A stretch of 64,000 nt of DNA from Calcarisporiella thermophila CBS 279.70 (taxonomy: Eukaryota > Fungi > Calcarisporiellomycota), in NCBI RefSeq assembly GCF_041956535.1, contig NW_027192194.1, positions 1,005,103 through 1,069,102 on the forward strand, in the 5' to 3' direction. The translations under genes were made by a program, and so were the position numbers. Under the pieces are notes generated by a model that had not been told where the DNA came from, made no database searches, and was given only the letters and a program-made list of their open reading frames with translations. Positions 13,801 through 27,700 of this stretch are shown piece by piece (within the stretch, counting starts at the first letter, position 1; the number at the start of each line of letters is the position of its first letter).

Positions 13801-15184
13801 GCAGCTGCTGTTGCTGCTGTTGTTGCTGCTGCTGCTGCTGTTGCTGTTGTTCGGGTCGCTCAGTTATATGTAATGCTTCAGATATAACTCCACCAACTAC
13901 AGCTGTAAATTCCATTGCAACTGTATTATCTTCATCTTGTGTTGGTTGTTCAACAAGGCTATGAGTTGAGATAGGGAGTGGCGCCGCTTCTCCAGCTATC
14001 AAATCTTCAGAAGCTATGTATTGTCTTGTTACACAATCGGTAAGATCCATGGCCTCTGTCTCATCCTCACCAGTATCAACCATCCCATTATTTCCAATCA
14101 CCAAGTTATGAACAAGCCCAACACCAGCCTGCCCCTGCCCATAATCCGTCAGGTCCATCGAAGAGTCCGAAAGATCGCCATCATCTGCGAAATCGAATGC
14201 TGGATGTATGCCTTGCGACATACACTCGTTTAGCTCCATCGAGACTGAGGTGTCGTCACCATCATCGTCATCGTCCAGGTTATCAGGGATCTCTCGGACG
14301 GGTTCAAGAGCCAGCATTAAATCAAATGCATCACTGAGATGAATATTAGAGATTTCAATCCTTAGTAAATATCAAAGCTATCCATTCGATGGACTTACTT
14401 AGGGCGTTGTTGGACAGATAACAGGTCAGGAGTCTGAAATTCGTTGCGCCCCGTATCATCCTCGTCCTCAAGCTTAAACTTCGGTGCAGGCGATGGTGGG
14501 TGGAAAACAAAGTTCTTAACTTTATTCAGAAGGGGTGTCATCCCCGTTCTGTATTCATCCGTGTCTTTATCAAACAGCCTGCATAAAAACAAGATTGAAT
14601 CTTGGTAATTTTTTGTTTATAATTGAATCAAAAGTCTCCTACCTGACATGCGCTTTTGTTGCAAAGCTCACGCGTCTACCTATTGATTTTCGCATTTTTC
14701 TGCGAGCAAGCCTTTTTATAAAATAAAATGAATAGATCATATGAAAATCAGTAATTGACCGACGCAAAACGAAGTGAAATGCATACTCTTGTTCATCGTG
14801 TTTTGCTGCCCACAGAGCATTTATCTGATCTAATCTCATATTTGTGGTATCTTCACGCTCTATGGTATCTTCATCTCCATCCTCGCCGTCATCCTCTTCT
14901 TTGTCTGCTTCATTTGCATTGGAAATTGGTTTCAGAATACTCTTTGTTGGAACCTATATTAAGTTGTTCAATCAACGTGACCTTTCTTAGAGTAAAAAGA
15001 ACTGCCTTACAGAGCCCCGCCTCCACAGAGGAGATCCCACTTTGCTAACTTCCTCATTCTCAAGCAAAAATATTCTTCCAAAGGACATTTCATGATCAGA
15101 GGGTGAAGACATACGCTTGATGGGCGTAGCGTCTATCCCCATTTTACGATGGCGCGGTGACCTGCGTAAAGGCGAGTCGGCCAT
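10802..15184 (-). CDS. SPC105: Kinetochore scaffold Spc105/Spc7/KNL1, multi-exon
   Basis: KSILK (~14930) and RRVSF (~14670) PP1 motifs; five MELT-like motifs (MELNE, MDLTD x2, MEFTA, MEFTE); SLKEFLDLVGITFMD...ENPPLFKEYM...WYMWREKL Spc7 region; coiled coil and RWD-like C-terminus. Confidence 0.92.
13802..13852 (-). repeat. CAG/CAA tract encoding poly-Gln in Spc105
   Basis: (tgc/tgt)n run on the + strand; long Q run in ORF 12545..14317. Confidence 0.9.
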
Positions 15185-15331
15185 GTTACCTTAAAAAATA
15201 GAGAGGCGTCTTTAATCAAGGAAATAGTATAAAAAACAGGCAGAGGAGAATGAGAATATTAAAATGCCAGAGCAGCTTAACTTGGTAAGATATACTATTA
15301 AAAATTGATTTTCAAAAATAAAGAAGAAAAG

Positions 15332-15379
15332 TACGCGCTCTGAAAAAAGGAGCGCGTAAATTTAAAATCCAAATCGCGT
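15332..15379. promoter_or_regulatory. CGCG-core (MCB/E2F-like) cluster upstream of SPC105: inverted pair TACGCGCTC-N9-GAGCGCGTA, then TTTAAA and TCGCGT
   Basis: Perfect 9-bp inverted repeat at 15332-15340/15350-15358, about 150 bp upstream of the ATG, in otherwise AT-rich DNA. Confidence 0.55.
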
Positions 15380-15608
15380 CTTATATATTTTTGGAATTAT
15401 CTTGTGTAATATTAAGATATGAAGACGGAATTAACATACAAACGTGGATTAAAAAAAAGAACAATTGTCAATTGCTTTAAAGAAACAGGACAAACCATAT
15501 AAAAAAAATCACAAAAAAAAAACGACATGCTGATTAAGAAAGTAAAATAAAATAAAATAATGAAATATAACAAAATAATGTAAATCAAATAAAAAAAATA
15601 AGGATATT

Positions 15609-17945
15609 TTACTCATCCTCCTCTTCCTCGTCCTCTTCCTCGTCTTCTTCATCTTCTTCCTCAGCACTACCATTTTCTCCCTCGTTAAAAGATAGACCAA
15701 CCTGTGGAACCACAATAGCCCATACCCAGGTCATAATTGTGTCAGCTCGCTGGGTATAGAGCGGATATTGCTTCGCAGAAGCTGGAGGAATGATTTTTCC
15801 ATGAATTGGGCAGACTCCATGAGTGGACAGATCTGCTTTTGCATCTCTTTGTTTGTAATGCTCTTCCAATTCATATTCTCGCTGTTTACCTATACCCATC
15901 TTTCCGTCGATCTTCATGTCCGCTAACCCGGCCGCCTTAGCCATGGCTAGCGTGACAGACGAATTTGAAAATGGCACGTCCGCTTTAGACTCTGCTTTAG
16001 TATTTACTCCTGCGTCAGCTAAATGTTGCTGCTGGTGCTTCTTCTGTTGACACTGATAGCAATACCCCCGATTGAAGGAGAGTAATGTTTCTGTGCTGAT
16101 TGTGCTTGGCCCCTCATTGATCATCAGCTCTCCAAGAAGCTTATGGATAACGTCTCTTTCTGCATCGATCTGCTCAGCCTCTCCGTTCTGTTGAGATGCG
16201 GCCATTTGTGAGCGTGCGTCTGCGTCCGCAAGTAGCCGCTTTTTAAGTCGATCGAGCACTTCAACATAATCTGCCTGTGCCATCGAGCGTGCAGGCAGGA
16301 ACACAGGATAGCCTTCGATGCACTCATGCATTTGCATGATACGCGTGTGCCATTCGGCGCACGCAGCGTAATCACCAAGGAGAAGGTAGTTGAGCGCAAT
16401 CGCATACCACGTCTCCACGAGAAGAGGGTGATAAGTAGCATAACCATAGTCAGAATGAATATTGCTGACTCTGGTTTTCTCCATCTCTACCCCCTTGGAA
16501 CGCACGCTCTGAAGCTGTTGCGACTCGGCAGCTGGGTCTGATTTCTTCCCATTGCGCTTTTCGGCCTGTTTCTCTATCGATTCCTGCGAAAGCTGCCTGT
16601 TTAGCGTAGGTTTTGGGCTAGATTCTCGGCTGCTCGAAGCTGGATTCATTCCCTGCGTGGCAGGCAGGGGCGTAGCATCAATCGAAGATGGGTAAAATGA
16701 GAGAAAGCGCGCATAGTTACGGATGGATTTTCGAGCCAACGCGCTAACACGCTGAATACATGGGGAGAGCGCGTTTTGGTATTCTTCGAGAGTTGGCCTA
16801 TTGCTCTCGCCAGGTCCTTTTTCTAGCACCGCTAGACGAAGCTCGCCTCCTTCGCTACGGTACACGCCCTCCAGCTCCTGTAATTCTTTATCAATTAGGC
16901 TCACTGCATATTGCAGCATGCATGCTCCCCGCAAAAAATAGAGCTGGCCCTCCGTCCCAGTGCACTCGTCATCATCATCTTTATGCCGATGTATCGAGGA
17001 TTTTTCACGGTGCCAGGTGGATTTGAGTCGTCTTCGATGGCGCACATAGGAGAGAGATGTCTTAAAATCGCGGAGTGCCCCAAGAAAATCCTCTTTAAAG
17101 CATTTAACCACGGCACGCGTCCGATAGAATTCAGCAGTTGTCGGGGATGCTGAGATGATTCTATCTAGGACTTCTGTTGAGGTTGATTGTGAGAGCATCC
17201 TAAGCATGAGGGAAGTTAATGGTCAATCTCATAAGTGTAATTTACATCATGTTATATGATCCGCTAACCTGGATGGTATTTTTTCATGGAAAAAATTTAC
17301 GTAGAGTGCCTCTAAGTGATTTGGGTTTCGCTGTAGAACCTTCGCAGCAACATCATCAATAGCACTAGCACTTTGCATTGTAACGACTGAGGTTGCCACC
17401 TCATCAATTCGATATGCAAGCGCAAGTTTATTCACAGCAAGTTCTCGCATCCTATGTTGGCGCGTAGATGACATGTGGCCACGATTCAAAACATTGAAAT
17501 TCGCGCCCTGTGCAGCTCGTACCGAAAGATCAGATGCTTCGTCGACAAGTTTGCGAATAGTAATGATATTACGGAAGATGACTGGATCGATCGGGGGAGG
17601 TGCGGGCGAGGATAATGCGCGTGGATCGGAGGCTGGATGAAGTGTGTCATTGTTAATAACATAGAGGGAACCAAGAAGCTCGATGGGCAACTGCAGCCAT
17701 GGGCCATGATACGAGCTGATATACTTCCAGTGCTTGTTTCGTGAGATGGAAAGCAGCGAGCCAAGAGAAATGTTCTTTTTTTCTCCACAATTCAAAGAAT
17801 TAGATGTGCTCCCAGGACAGATTCTCTGATTAGCAGTTGCCTGTTTTTGTTTCTGTTTTTGTCTCCTCTTTTTTGCACTAGCCGTTGAACCCTCAGAAGC
17901 GCACGCTACCCGAGGAGAAAGCTCTTCAGCACACTTTTCTGACAT
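15609..17945 (-). CDS. Uncharacterised helical-repeat (TPR-like) protein, 2 exons
   Basis: ORFs 17247..17945 and 15609..17207 joined by a GT-AG intron (EKIPS|RML); block SRNKHWKYISSYHGPWLQLP recalled from fungal hypothetical proteins; TPR-like AEFYRTRA..., LYFLRG; acidic tail. Confidence 0.75.
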
Positions 17946-18853
17946 TATATTCTTTTCGGCAAAATTGTGAAAAAATTAATAAGTGCACCTCGCACAAAGG
18001 AATGCAATATAATTTAGTGTTCAAGGCCTGCGATCCCACTCGATCTGTCAGCACGATTGGGATGGGGCATACACCACTTCGGAAAGGCAACCACGCACTA
18101 CAATTACAGGATACTGCAAACTCCAAAATTGAATATTAATAAATAAACAAAAATACCCTAATGCGATAACCTGGAGATAGCTGGGAATTTAAAACTCTGT
18201 ATGAGACATCGATTCAAGGTGAAAATGATCGAATTATTAATTATTTAGAGGGCAAGCCTTAATACTTTTCTTTTTTATTAGCTCAACCTCTGAGTCATAT
18301 ATTATCACTTGACGGTCCGGAAGTGACCAGCATCTGTCCTGATCCTAGTCGGCCAACTCCATATTTTTGTTTGAAAAACATATGAATATTGTATTCTTGG
18401 GTATAACAAGTTTTGTATATACCTTTTCTTAGCGTTTGCGTCCACCATTATATTCGTTTCTTTTGTTAGCATCATTAATACCATTCAATAACCATTGGTT
18501 GGCAAATATGTATATATTTATATCCATAAAGATATCGAATTATTTACCATTCATCCACTATAGAACCAAGATTAATAGTATACAATGATATATAGGCTAG
18601 GAAAATTATTAAATCGAGATTCTCGAGGCTATAACCGCCTGAGATCACACTATGTCCTTAATACACGAGGATAACTTCTAAGCTACACCGGAGTAACCTC
18701 CCGGTATATCAACCTACTTATAGATGGTGCAGGCATATGCACAACGATCTCTGAAGGAAATAACCCAAGTTCGATATTGCAAACACCTCCCTCCGGTGAA
18801 TAATTCCGATTTCAAGGTTGGTCTGGTTAGTTTTCGATTGTGTGCTACAAAAA

Positions 18854-21104
18854 TCAGGATATACCGTAATTCTCTTTTGCAGCAGCACGCTTTCTCCTAC
18901 GCTCTAGAAGCGTATTGTGCTCCAGACTCAACTCAAACGGGACAAACCCAGTACGAAGTATCTTTTCAAACCCAACCAACCGATCGAGTTGTTGCTGTCT
19001 TAGACTATCCTCAGTGACTTTGGAGGCCAACGTGCAGTCGCCATTTGCTGGTTGCACCCTATGATCTGTCTCGTATAAGAAGGGCGACTCCAGTGCAGGC
19101 GCATTATTCCTTTGCTGCGGAGGAAGTTGCACCTGTTCTAATGGAGCAGCATGAGTGCATGCTTTATCTGACAACGGTAACTGATCCATTTTCTCTACTA
19201 TTGTTTCCACATTTTCGTCACTTGCTTTTTTTCGTGGCAATTGAGTCTGCACGTTGTTCCACCCTCGTTTTCTACCACCGGTAGGATTTTCGAGCGCAGC
19301 AACAAGCTTCTTCTGACGATTGTACTCCTCGTTCTTGCGGTGCCAAGCATAAGAAACTTCAAATGCCTCCTTGAGTGAAGTCAGTCCCGGAGACATGTAA
19401 TGCTGTTGGTCAGTACCGCCAGTACCGCAATTGGCCGATTTATAACGGTTGGATGCTTTGCTTGAGCGATCATCCAAGGGAGGAGAAGGGATATAGAGAT
19501 CAAACAAATGATCGTACTTCTTTTTCCGAGGACTCCTGTCATTCTTTTTATAGGTCTTGATAGGCTAAAAGCGAATTGATACATTAGAATTTGGTTAACA
19601 GATTAAGGCATCCATGAAATTTACCGGATTTCGAATCCATGGATGTTCAAAAAATTCATCGATATTGTATCTATTTTCAGGATCTACACAAAGCAAATGA
19701 CTGACTAAATCTTTTGCAGATGTGCTAATATCATCCCACCTAATCAATATGTTAATCGAATGGTAATTAGTATTTTTTTCTTTTGGAAGGACTCACTATC
19801 GCTTCATTACCAAGGAGAGAGGAAAGAGTATTCCCCACGTGCAACTTTTTCGGTTAGCCTCCGGACACATTGATCAAAAAATGGAGGGAATCCGCATAAC
19901 ATTGTGTAAAGCACGCATCCAAGCGCCCACATGTCGACCGATTTTCCATAGTGCTGGTCCCTAACAATTTCGGGTGCTGCATACCTGGATGATCAAGAAT
20001 ATAATTCACTTAATCCTTTTTATGATTTAATGCTAAGAAAAATAAATGATTACTAACCCTACGGTTCCACATGGTGTCTTAGCATTGTCCTCCCATATAA
20101 CCTTGGACAATCCAAAGTCAGCGAGTTTGACTCGCCCTATCCCTCCTCCACCCACACCAGGCACAAATTCTCCTTCATCCTCTTTGACTTTTTTAGCATA
20201 AGGCGGTCGACTTTTCAGAGGAAAAATAGGAATAGCTTCGAATAGTAAATTCTCAGGCTTTATATCTCTATTGTATTAAGGTCTTGTTTAGGCAATGGAA
20301 TCCTGAAAATAAAAAAAAAGTTACCTATGCACGACTCCTATATCCTGGTGGAGGTATTTAATCGCGCTTGCGACTTGTATAATGACATGCCGTGATAATT
20401 CTTCTGAAAAATACGTGAGCTCAACGATACGATTGAATATCTCTCCGCCCTCAATAAGTTCGAGGAAGAGAAAATAATAGTCGTATGTCTCTCTGAATCC
20501 ATAGAATTTTACAATTGAAGGATGGTTGGTTGCACGCATAATATGGACTTCTTTAAGGGTGCTTGCACGCTAAAAGGGCACATATACTATTAGTGACTAG
20601 GAAGAGAAATGGCTCGAATACTGTTTCTTTCAGATACCTGGTGAGCGTTCAACTCATATTTTCTTACCACCTTGATTGCTAACTTTTGTTTGTTCTCTTT
20701 ATCAATCGCCTTGTATACTTTCGAAAAAGCGCCTCTGGAAATAATAATGAACTTCTTTAACCTATACAGATAGGAATTAATGGACAAAATTAAACTTACT
20801 CTCCCATCTTTTCTAGCAGCTTGAAACTCTCCAGACCCGGATAATGCATACTGCTTGCATAACTTTCATTGCGGTCAGCCGTTATCTTCGCTGCGAGAAG
20901 CGAGTCGTGCTGGAGTTTGGGCGACGCGGTTGCAAATGCCACGTTATGGCTTTTAGTGTAAACTCGACTCTTGGATGTGCCATTAGGTTGCTCAGTTGTT
21001 TCCCTCTTACCCTTTTGGGTCTCATTTTGGTCGAAGACTCTGTTGTTATTTTTGGAGGGAAGGGTAGGTTTTATGAAATTTTTAAAGTGTGTGATAAGAG
21101 GCAT
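18854..21104 (-). CDS. CAMK-group Ser/Thr kinase, Srk1/Rck2 (MAPKAP-like) type, 6 exons
   Basis: KMG(E)[80 protein letters not shown], tail [16 protein letters not shown]. Confidence 0.92.
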
Positions 21105-22177
21105 GGCTTTAACATCAAACCGCATATTCACTTAAGGAAACATAGGTTTTCAATAGAAAAATATTACTAAAAAAAATTCAACAGAAAGATATAAAATAAA
21201 GGTCTGGAAAGAGCGAGCAAAAAAAGTATACTCAAAAAATAAAATCTCTTGTTTTTTTATTAAGAGGGGTATAATGGGCGTGTATTTGTTTCGAGGAAAA
21301 TTTGAAATGAAAAACCAGTCACACATGCACTACTTCCTATCAAATCGTTACCATGATATCATGGAACTTTAAAATGGAAATAGGATTCATGCCATGCATA
21401 CTAAACCATGAAATCCTTCGATCCATCTCAAGCATTTAATGGTGTGATGAGGGGTGGAGAAGGTGAGACCTCAATAAAATCGTAACCTATATAAGAAAAA
21501 AACCTTTTCTACTTTTGATTACCCTCTCAAAACAGGGTGTTTAATGACTTCAATTAGTAGTGGGACGCTAATCATTTTTGCATATCCCCATGGTTTAAAA
21601 ATAAGCTAAATTTGCCCTTGCTATCATTCACCTATTATGATGCCCAAATATTGGCATATTACTTAAATTTGATTTATATTGGACTGAAAGAGGATCGTGC
21701 ACATTTGGGAATCCCCACCTACTTGGTAACCTATTCAAATCGCAGCATAATACCTCTTTTACGGATTGTGTACCAAATACAAAAGCTCCTCAAATTGGGA
21801 ATACTCTTAAAGATGAATTTAAAAGATGAATTCCCTATGTTGCTCTTACACTTACAACCAGGCACAGGACCCTCGATGAAGATACAGTTAGAAACTAAAT
21901 TAGCATTCAAAATTTCAACTTGATTTATACCGGAAACATTTTTAGTGAATAATGCTTCTTTCTTGGGTTATCATACTGTCTCTTGGGTATCATCCTAGAG
22001 TCTTGCAGGATTCAATTTACCTTTCTTTTATATACAATTAGAAAGAAAAGGAAGCCATGGATAAAATTATCTGCCTTAAGGCTGTGCAAGTTCTAAAGTA
22101 GATGCATTTATTTCTAGTACTTCACACAGTTCCGAATAATATTTGACCTGAAAGGTATATCCTCTTGTAATAATATG

Positions 22178-22717
22178 CTATAAAACTTCTTTTAACATCT
22201 CTATTAAAGCCTTTTCTGCGAACAGAGTTAGCGTATTATCAGAATTCACCGAGGAGATATTGAAACTGACAAAGAACTGGCGATTATACTTTGTCGCTAA
22301 TCATGGTAAATTAAAAAAAAAATTGGGAAGAGGCTCAATAGCGTGTAATAAGTCAAAATAGCGATTGACAATTAATCATACCTAGTCGACGTGCCAATAA
22401 TTGGCTCATTTCATCTACATCGGACCCGAGGAGAGTAGTTGCTGGAGCAACATTACTCTACAAATAAGTTAAATTAAGCGTTCGCTCATAAATCATCAGC
22501 AAGAGCGATTCCACAGTTTTACGATTCACAAAAAATTGGAAACGAATCCTACCCCGAATTTTGATGGCACTGACGCGGCTAGATTTTGCAATCTGCCATC
22601 AGTTCCCACCCAAGCAAATACCGAGTCTTTGCTTGAAGTGATTTGTAAATGCACTGTAGCATCATTCATAAACGGTACAGATTTTTGGTGTACTTTAAAG
22701 CTAGGTTCCGCATCCAT
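22178..22717 (-). CDS. PSMG4: Proteasome assembly chaperone 4 (PAC4/PSMG4/Poc4-like), 3 exons
   Basis: VHLQIT..DSVFAWVG..LQNLAASVP|...ATTLLG...SQLLARRL|ATKYNRQFFVSFNI...FAEKALIEMLK. Confidence 0.8.
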
Positions 22718-22937
22718 AATTAAAATAATTATTGTATGCTTCTCCAAACTCAACTGACGCGAGAAGTCACAAGCATGAGGGAATCAATTTAGGATTTGCT
22801 TTGAGCATCGGAGATTGAAAAAGAGGTTGAGAGTAATAGTAATTCATATGATGGCAAAGTAGACAGATACAATTGATAGGGAAGATATGATAAGATTATT
22901 GCAAAAGTAAATGCAAGGTTCTAAATAAAAGTACATG

Positions 22938-23560
22938 CTACTTTCCAGGCTGCTCTCCTTGACTCCGAGAGCTACTTGAATGAATATGCATCCCATCTGA
23001 AAAATACAATCCCTCCTCCATGACTGAGACGGCTGACGGGGGATCTTTCTCCTCGACCGTTTTCCGTCTGCGTGATTGTATCAACAAATAGGAAGTTACG
23101 GCAACCAAAAGTACAGCCGCAATGACACCGCCGATGATTGAGCCCACGAAAGCACCAATCGACGTGTTAGTACTAGAAAGAGGGTCAATCGAGGTCGATA
23201 GAGTATTCGAATAGTTACTTAAGATTCAGCGGGTAAATGAGAGGTTCCAATAAAGAATATGGATTTTAGGGGGGATATCTAATGTATATTTGATCCAATA
23301 TAATTACTTGTTACTAAACTCTTCTGTTCCCATTGTGTCAAAATGATCAAACACTTCTTTGTTGTAATGCGAGTCTCTGTAGAGCGAGTTTCAAGTCGGT
23401 TATAAAGCAGATGCCAAAACAGCAGAGGATTTAGCCAAGATAAGGTGTGCTCATAGACTATTGTAGGAGTTGGAGTAAGGACGCGATCTCGTACAGCCTA
23501 GTGTGCTAGAAAGCTGATCAGAAAAATAATGACAAGAATATCCTGGAAGGGAAATAGTGA
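22938..23560 (-). pseudogene. Probable decayed type I membrane protein gene (signal peptide, Ser/Thr stalk, TM, basic stop-transfer)
   Basis: ILVIIFLISFLAH then TAG (23498-23500); TGA at 23226-23228 just before SNYSNTLSTSIDPLSSTNTSIGAFVGSIIGGVIAAVLLVAVTSYLLIQSRRRK; no ATG found; TATA-like element at ~23590. Confidence 0.4.
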
Positions 23561-24726
23561 GCTGAGAAAAAGGAAAGAATAACTGGAATATTTATAAATA
23601 GGCGGCTGAGTCCTCTGACCTTGGTTGAGACTCTATACCAATATAATGAGATAATATCTCTATTACCTTAAAGTTATTCCGGAGAAACTATATTGCAAAA
23701 TGCAAAGGTGGAGCACTAAGAGCTCGCAATAGGTATCATAGATGGCGATTAGTGACTGCGTGAGAAGATTGTAAATTGCGGTCAGATGGGAAATACAGCT
23801 TCGTGCTAGCTGAAAAAATAATATTGTTGCAAGAAATATGAAAAATAATTTTCCATGAGAAAATGATGCAATAAATAGAGATTTTAGGCTCAGAGGGCAA
23901 TTCCAAAGTTAGCTATGCGGCACAAGCCTTAAAGAGTGAGGCAAAAAACACTAGTGTTACTACATCCAGACTGCTCCATGCTCCAAAGGTGGACGAGTGG
24001 CAATCACGTCATGAAACAATGCGAGGGCAAATATTCGTCGCATCAAAACAGACAGAATTTAGGAACAAGCTGTTGTGATATCTAGAGAGAGATCACGAAA
24101 TGTTTCCAATGAGCTCCAACGGTTTGCACCCTATACTGATTCACCATGCATCCTGAAGCAGTGCGAACAGCGCTCCGATCCAGGATCGAAACTAGGAACA
24201 CGGGGCCTTAGAAATTGTGGCTAATATGTCTTGTTAGTCAACAGAAAACAAAGAAAACTTCGATATCTGGCTTCGCTGAAAACTATTACTATTCCTGGTA
24301 TATATCAATTTGGCTTGCTGCAAATATAGCATTAGAATTTTTGGCAAAAAAAAAACTCTTTTGATTTGGTTCATCATTTCCAAATTTTCAGCTGTATCTA
24401 CATGCGGCTCTCTACAGATATTGAAAGGACTATGAATAGGCAGTCCCATTCATCTTTCCTACCGTTTGCAACTATTTTGTTCTCAAAGGGCAATTTGTAT
24501 ACATTGGATTAAACTTGTTCTTTTATTTTTAATGGAACGGCCATTCTTGTGATGGATTAATATAACTTGCGCTTCTACACTAGCGTATCAAATGGCAAGA
24601 GAAAATCCCTCCTTAATAGCTGAAATTTCAGACATCCTTTGTGTGGCTTCCTTGTTAAATATATAAGCATACACTTTAATTTTCTAAGACTAACGCGGCT
24701 ATTCTCTACTCATTCTTGCGAAGAAA

Positions 24727-27700
24727 ATGTCGGGTTCGACTACATCCTTTCGAGGAAGTGGAAGTTCCGGGCGGACCTCCTTTGTCACATATACAGATTC
24801 AAAAGGTGTAACTCGCACAATCAATGATCCTTTTGAATCATTTCCGCAACAAAAGATGAATGCCTGGCTCACTAGCCTCGAGCGCAGGATCTTGGACACT
24901 TTGGCAGAAGGAGAACGCATGCAGGACAAATTGGTGTCGATGAAGTTAGCGAAGGGAGGATTTTATCCACGAACACCTTCAAGATCTCCTAATACATCTC
25001 TTAGCCTTAATAATTCCTCATTGTTACGACCTAAATTAGAATCGCCTACGCGCCAGTTGTTGCAATATGACACGCCCAAGTATGATCGCAAGCAACTAGA
25101 TCAACCTATTAACGATCCATTTAGTGTGACGACGCCCAAACAAAAATTCTTAAATAGTACCGAGAAAGCGCGCTCTCCGAAGCATGAACAATGTAATGCA
25201 TTCATCAGAGATCGTTTCGCACTAGATTCAAACGATCACAAACAAGATTCAGAAGAAATGCTTTCAAAAGAGGATAGCGGAGAGTTGATCGAGCTAGTGG
25301 ATGAGGAATATGATAATAACGTTGTAGAATTACACGATGTAGAAGAATCAGAAGAAGATCAAGAGTTGGATGAGAATGATTATGAGGAGAAAGAACATAG
25401 CGCCGAATCGCCCAGCGAGAGAGATAATTATGCGATCGACCTAGAAGCTGATGAGGAAATGGAACAGAATCATCCCCCCACTTATAAGCATCAGAGAATA
25501 CACTATCCTGGGATTGAACACAATGGGGATTATACCAATTTTGCCATGACAAATAAGCGAAAGGAGGAAAAGAGGTACGAAGAAGAGAGCAGTGGAGAGA
25601 ACGGGGAAGAATACGAAGGAGAATATGAAGAAGAATACGAAGAAGAATACGAAGGGGAGTATGAGGAAGAATATGAGGGGGAATACGAAGGAGAATACGA
25701 AGGGAAGTACGACGGAGAGTATGCGGATGAACAGGATAATCATTATGTAGATGAAGTCGAAGACGAGATAGGAGACGAACATGAGAATGAGAATAAGGTA
25801 GGATTTGAAGGTCATGTTGAGGAGCTTGAAGTGGAAGATCTTGAAGAAGATGATGAATATGAGCACGAGTACCACCAACTTTCTGAGCCGCTAAATAGCT
25901 TAAGTCGACAAGGGCAACTGATGCACCAGGAGCCATCGGTTGTTGGAGGCGAGAGGAGGCAGAGGCAGGTTGAAGATTCAAATTTGGGCCGGCAAATTAT
26001 TTCTGAAGGGCTTCGGCAAGATGAACAATTTTCATGCAATGAGGTGACGCAGTATATTGAGGAGATCTTGTCGACAGATGAGGATTCCGAATCCAATCTA
26101 GAGGCGAAGCAGGCTTTAAGCACACACTCCCCTCCTGAAGGAAAGCCGTCGACAGAATCAAATGAATTTTCTATTAAATTACATCAGTCCAACGAGATAG
26201 ATCAGGATGGAGAAGAACAAGATCTAATCTGTGGAGAACAAGAGAAAATTGCGTTAGTCGAGCTTCTAGAAGATAAATCCGGCAGAGATCACTCCACTTC
26301 AGAGAATGATCTAGCTTACGAAGATGTTGATGCTTCTCGAGAGATTGACCGGAATTTGCGAGATTCAACCGATGTGGTCCAAGTGGTGGAAAAATCTAAT
26401 TCAAGTAATACTAATACTTCTATCGACAACAAAGCAAGTCGCCTCCCTGATGTTACGGAGTCTTATATCCCAGATCAGAATCTTGGCATTGAGGATTCAG
26501 ACAATGAGGACACAGTTGAAAATAGAGAGGAGGAAGGAGAAGCCCCAGTACAGCAGGACATTACATCAGCAGAGCAAATGCTCCACCAACAGACAATGGG
26601 CAAGTCGCAAGAACTGGAGAAACCAACAGAGAATAAACCTCTAAATGCCCCCGAGGTGGATTATGAGACAGGAATAAGTGAGGTACACATATCTCCTCAA
26701 GATCAATTCAGTGGAGAAATGATGGAGGTGGATCAGGAAGGTGCTATCGATGAGAAAGACGACAACAATGTCCCGAAGTCCCCTAACGCTGCCGTTAAAG
26801 GGCATTTGGTGTTCGAAACTGATCAGGTTAGTAAGTCTATTTGTGGGTTTGGATCAAGTTATTAAGTTTTATTTCTCTAGGAATTATCCAATAAGGACCT
26901 GACAATACCAGAAGATAATAGCACCAGTACTATTGAGCCGATTTCAGAAGTTCCAACAAACCAGCACCAGGTGGAGAAAGAAGTTAAAACAGACGGAGGA
27001 CTTGATGCAATGGTATATATATTTTTAACTTTTTTTATATTGACTAAGGAAAATAATATGCATTTACTATTAAAGATACTGGACAAAGATAAGGTCGATA
27101 AATCCGCTGAGCAAGAAGTTGCCCCCACACCAAGCCCGTTAAAAAAGAAAAGGCGAGTGCATAGACTGCGCACACCTGGGAGCTCAGGTTCACGTAAACA
27201 GCAGAGGGGCAATCATTTTGAGGATCTTGGTTCGCCTCTATTAGCTCGGCGAAAGAGCGCCCGATTTAACAAGATTGTAATAGAAACGCCTAAAGTGAGA
27301 AAGAAACGTGACTCCGAAGAGGCAATGCAGGGTATCGAGGGTGACCAAGAAGAAAATCGCAAAGATCTCATGAGTACATCTGCCACTTCAGATCTTACCA
27401 CTCCATTGGCCAGCAACAAGCGCAAGCGCAAATCAAATGAACCTAAAAACGAGAGCAACAGTTCGGCGCACCCAGAGCAAACAGGTGATGCCGATAAGAC
27501 AGACCGTATTTCCAGCACCCCTCCATTCTCTCCTGCAGCCCCAGCGGCTATCAAGCATGCCCATCCATCACACGATGAGCAGATGACTCCCCCTCGCCGT
27601 GGATCCATCGACCACTGGCATTCTCACCAGCACATGCATAGCTGCCACTCTCCCACACTTTCTCCATCGGAGGGTGGAAGCAGTGGGTATCTTCTTCGAT

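Noticed and set aside
13287-13964. Antisense ORF with poly-Cys; similar shadow ORFs at 25205-25981, 47318-47905, 51949-52518
   Set aside because: Reverse-complement shadows of polyQ and acidic coding repeats
21961-21997. Short direct repeat tcttgggt(t)atcat x2
   Set aside because: Isolated micro-duplication; no array or element structure
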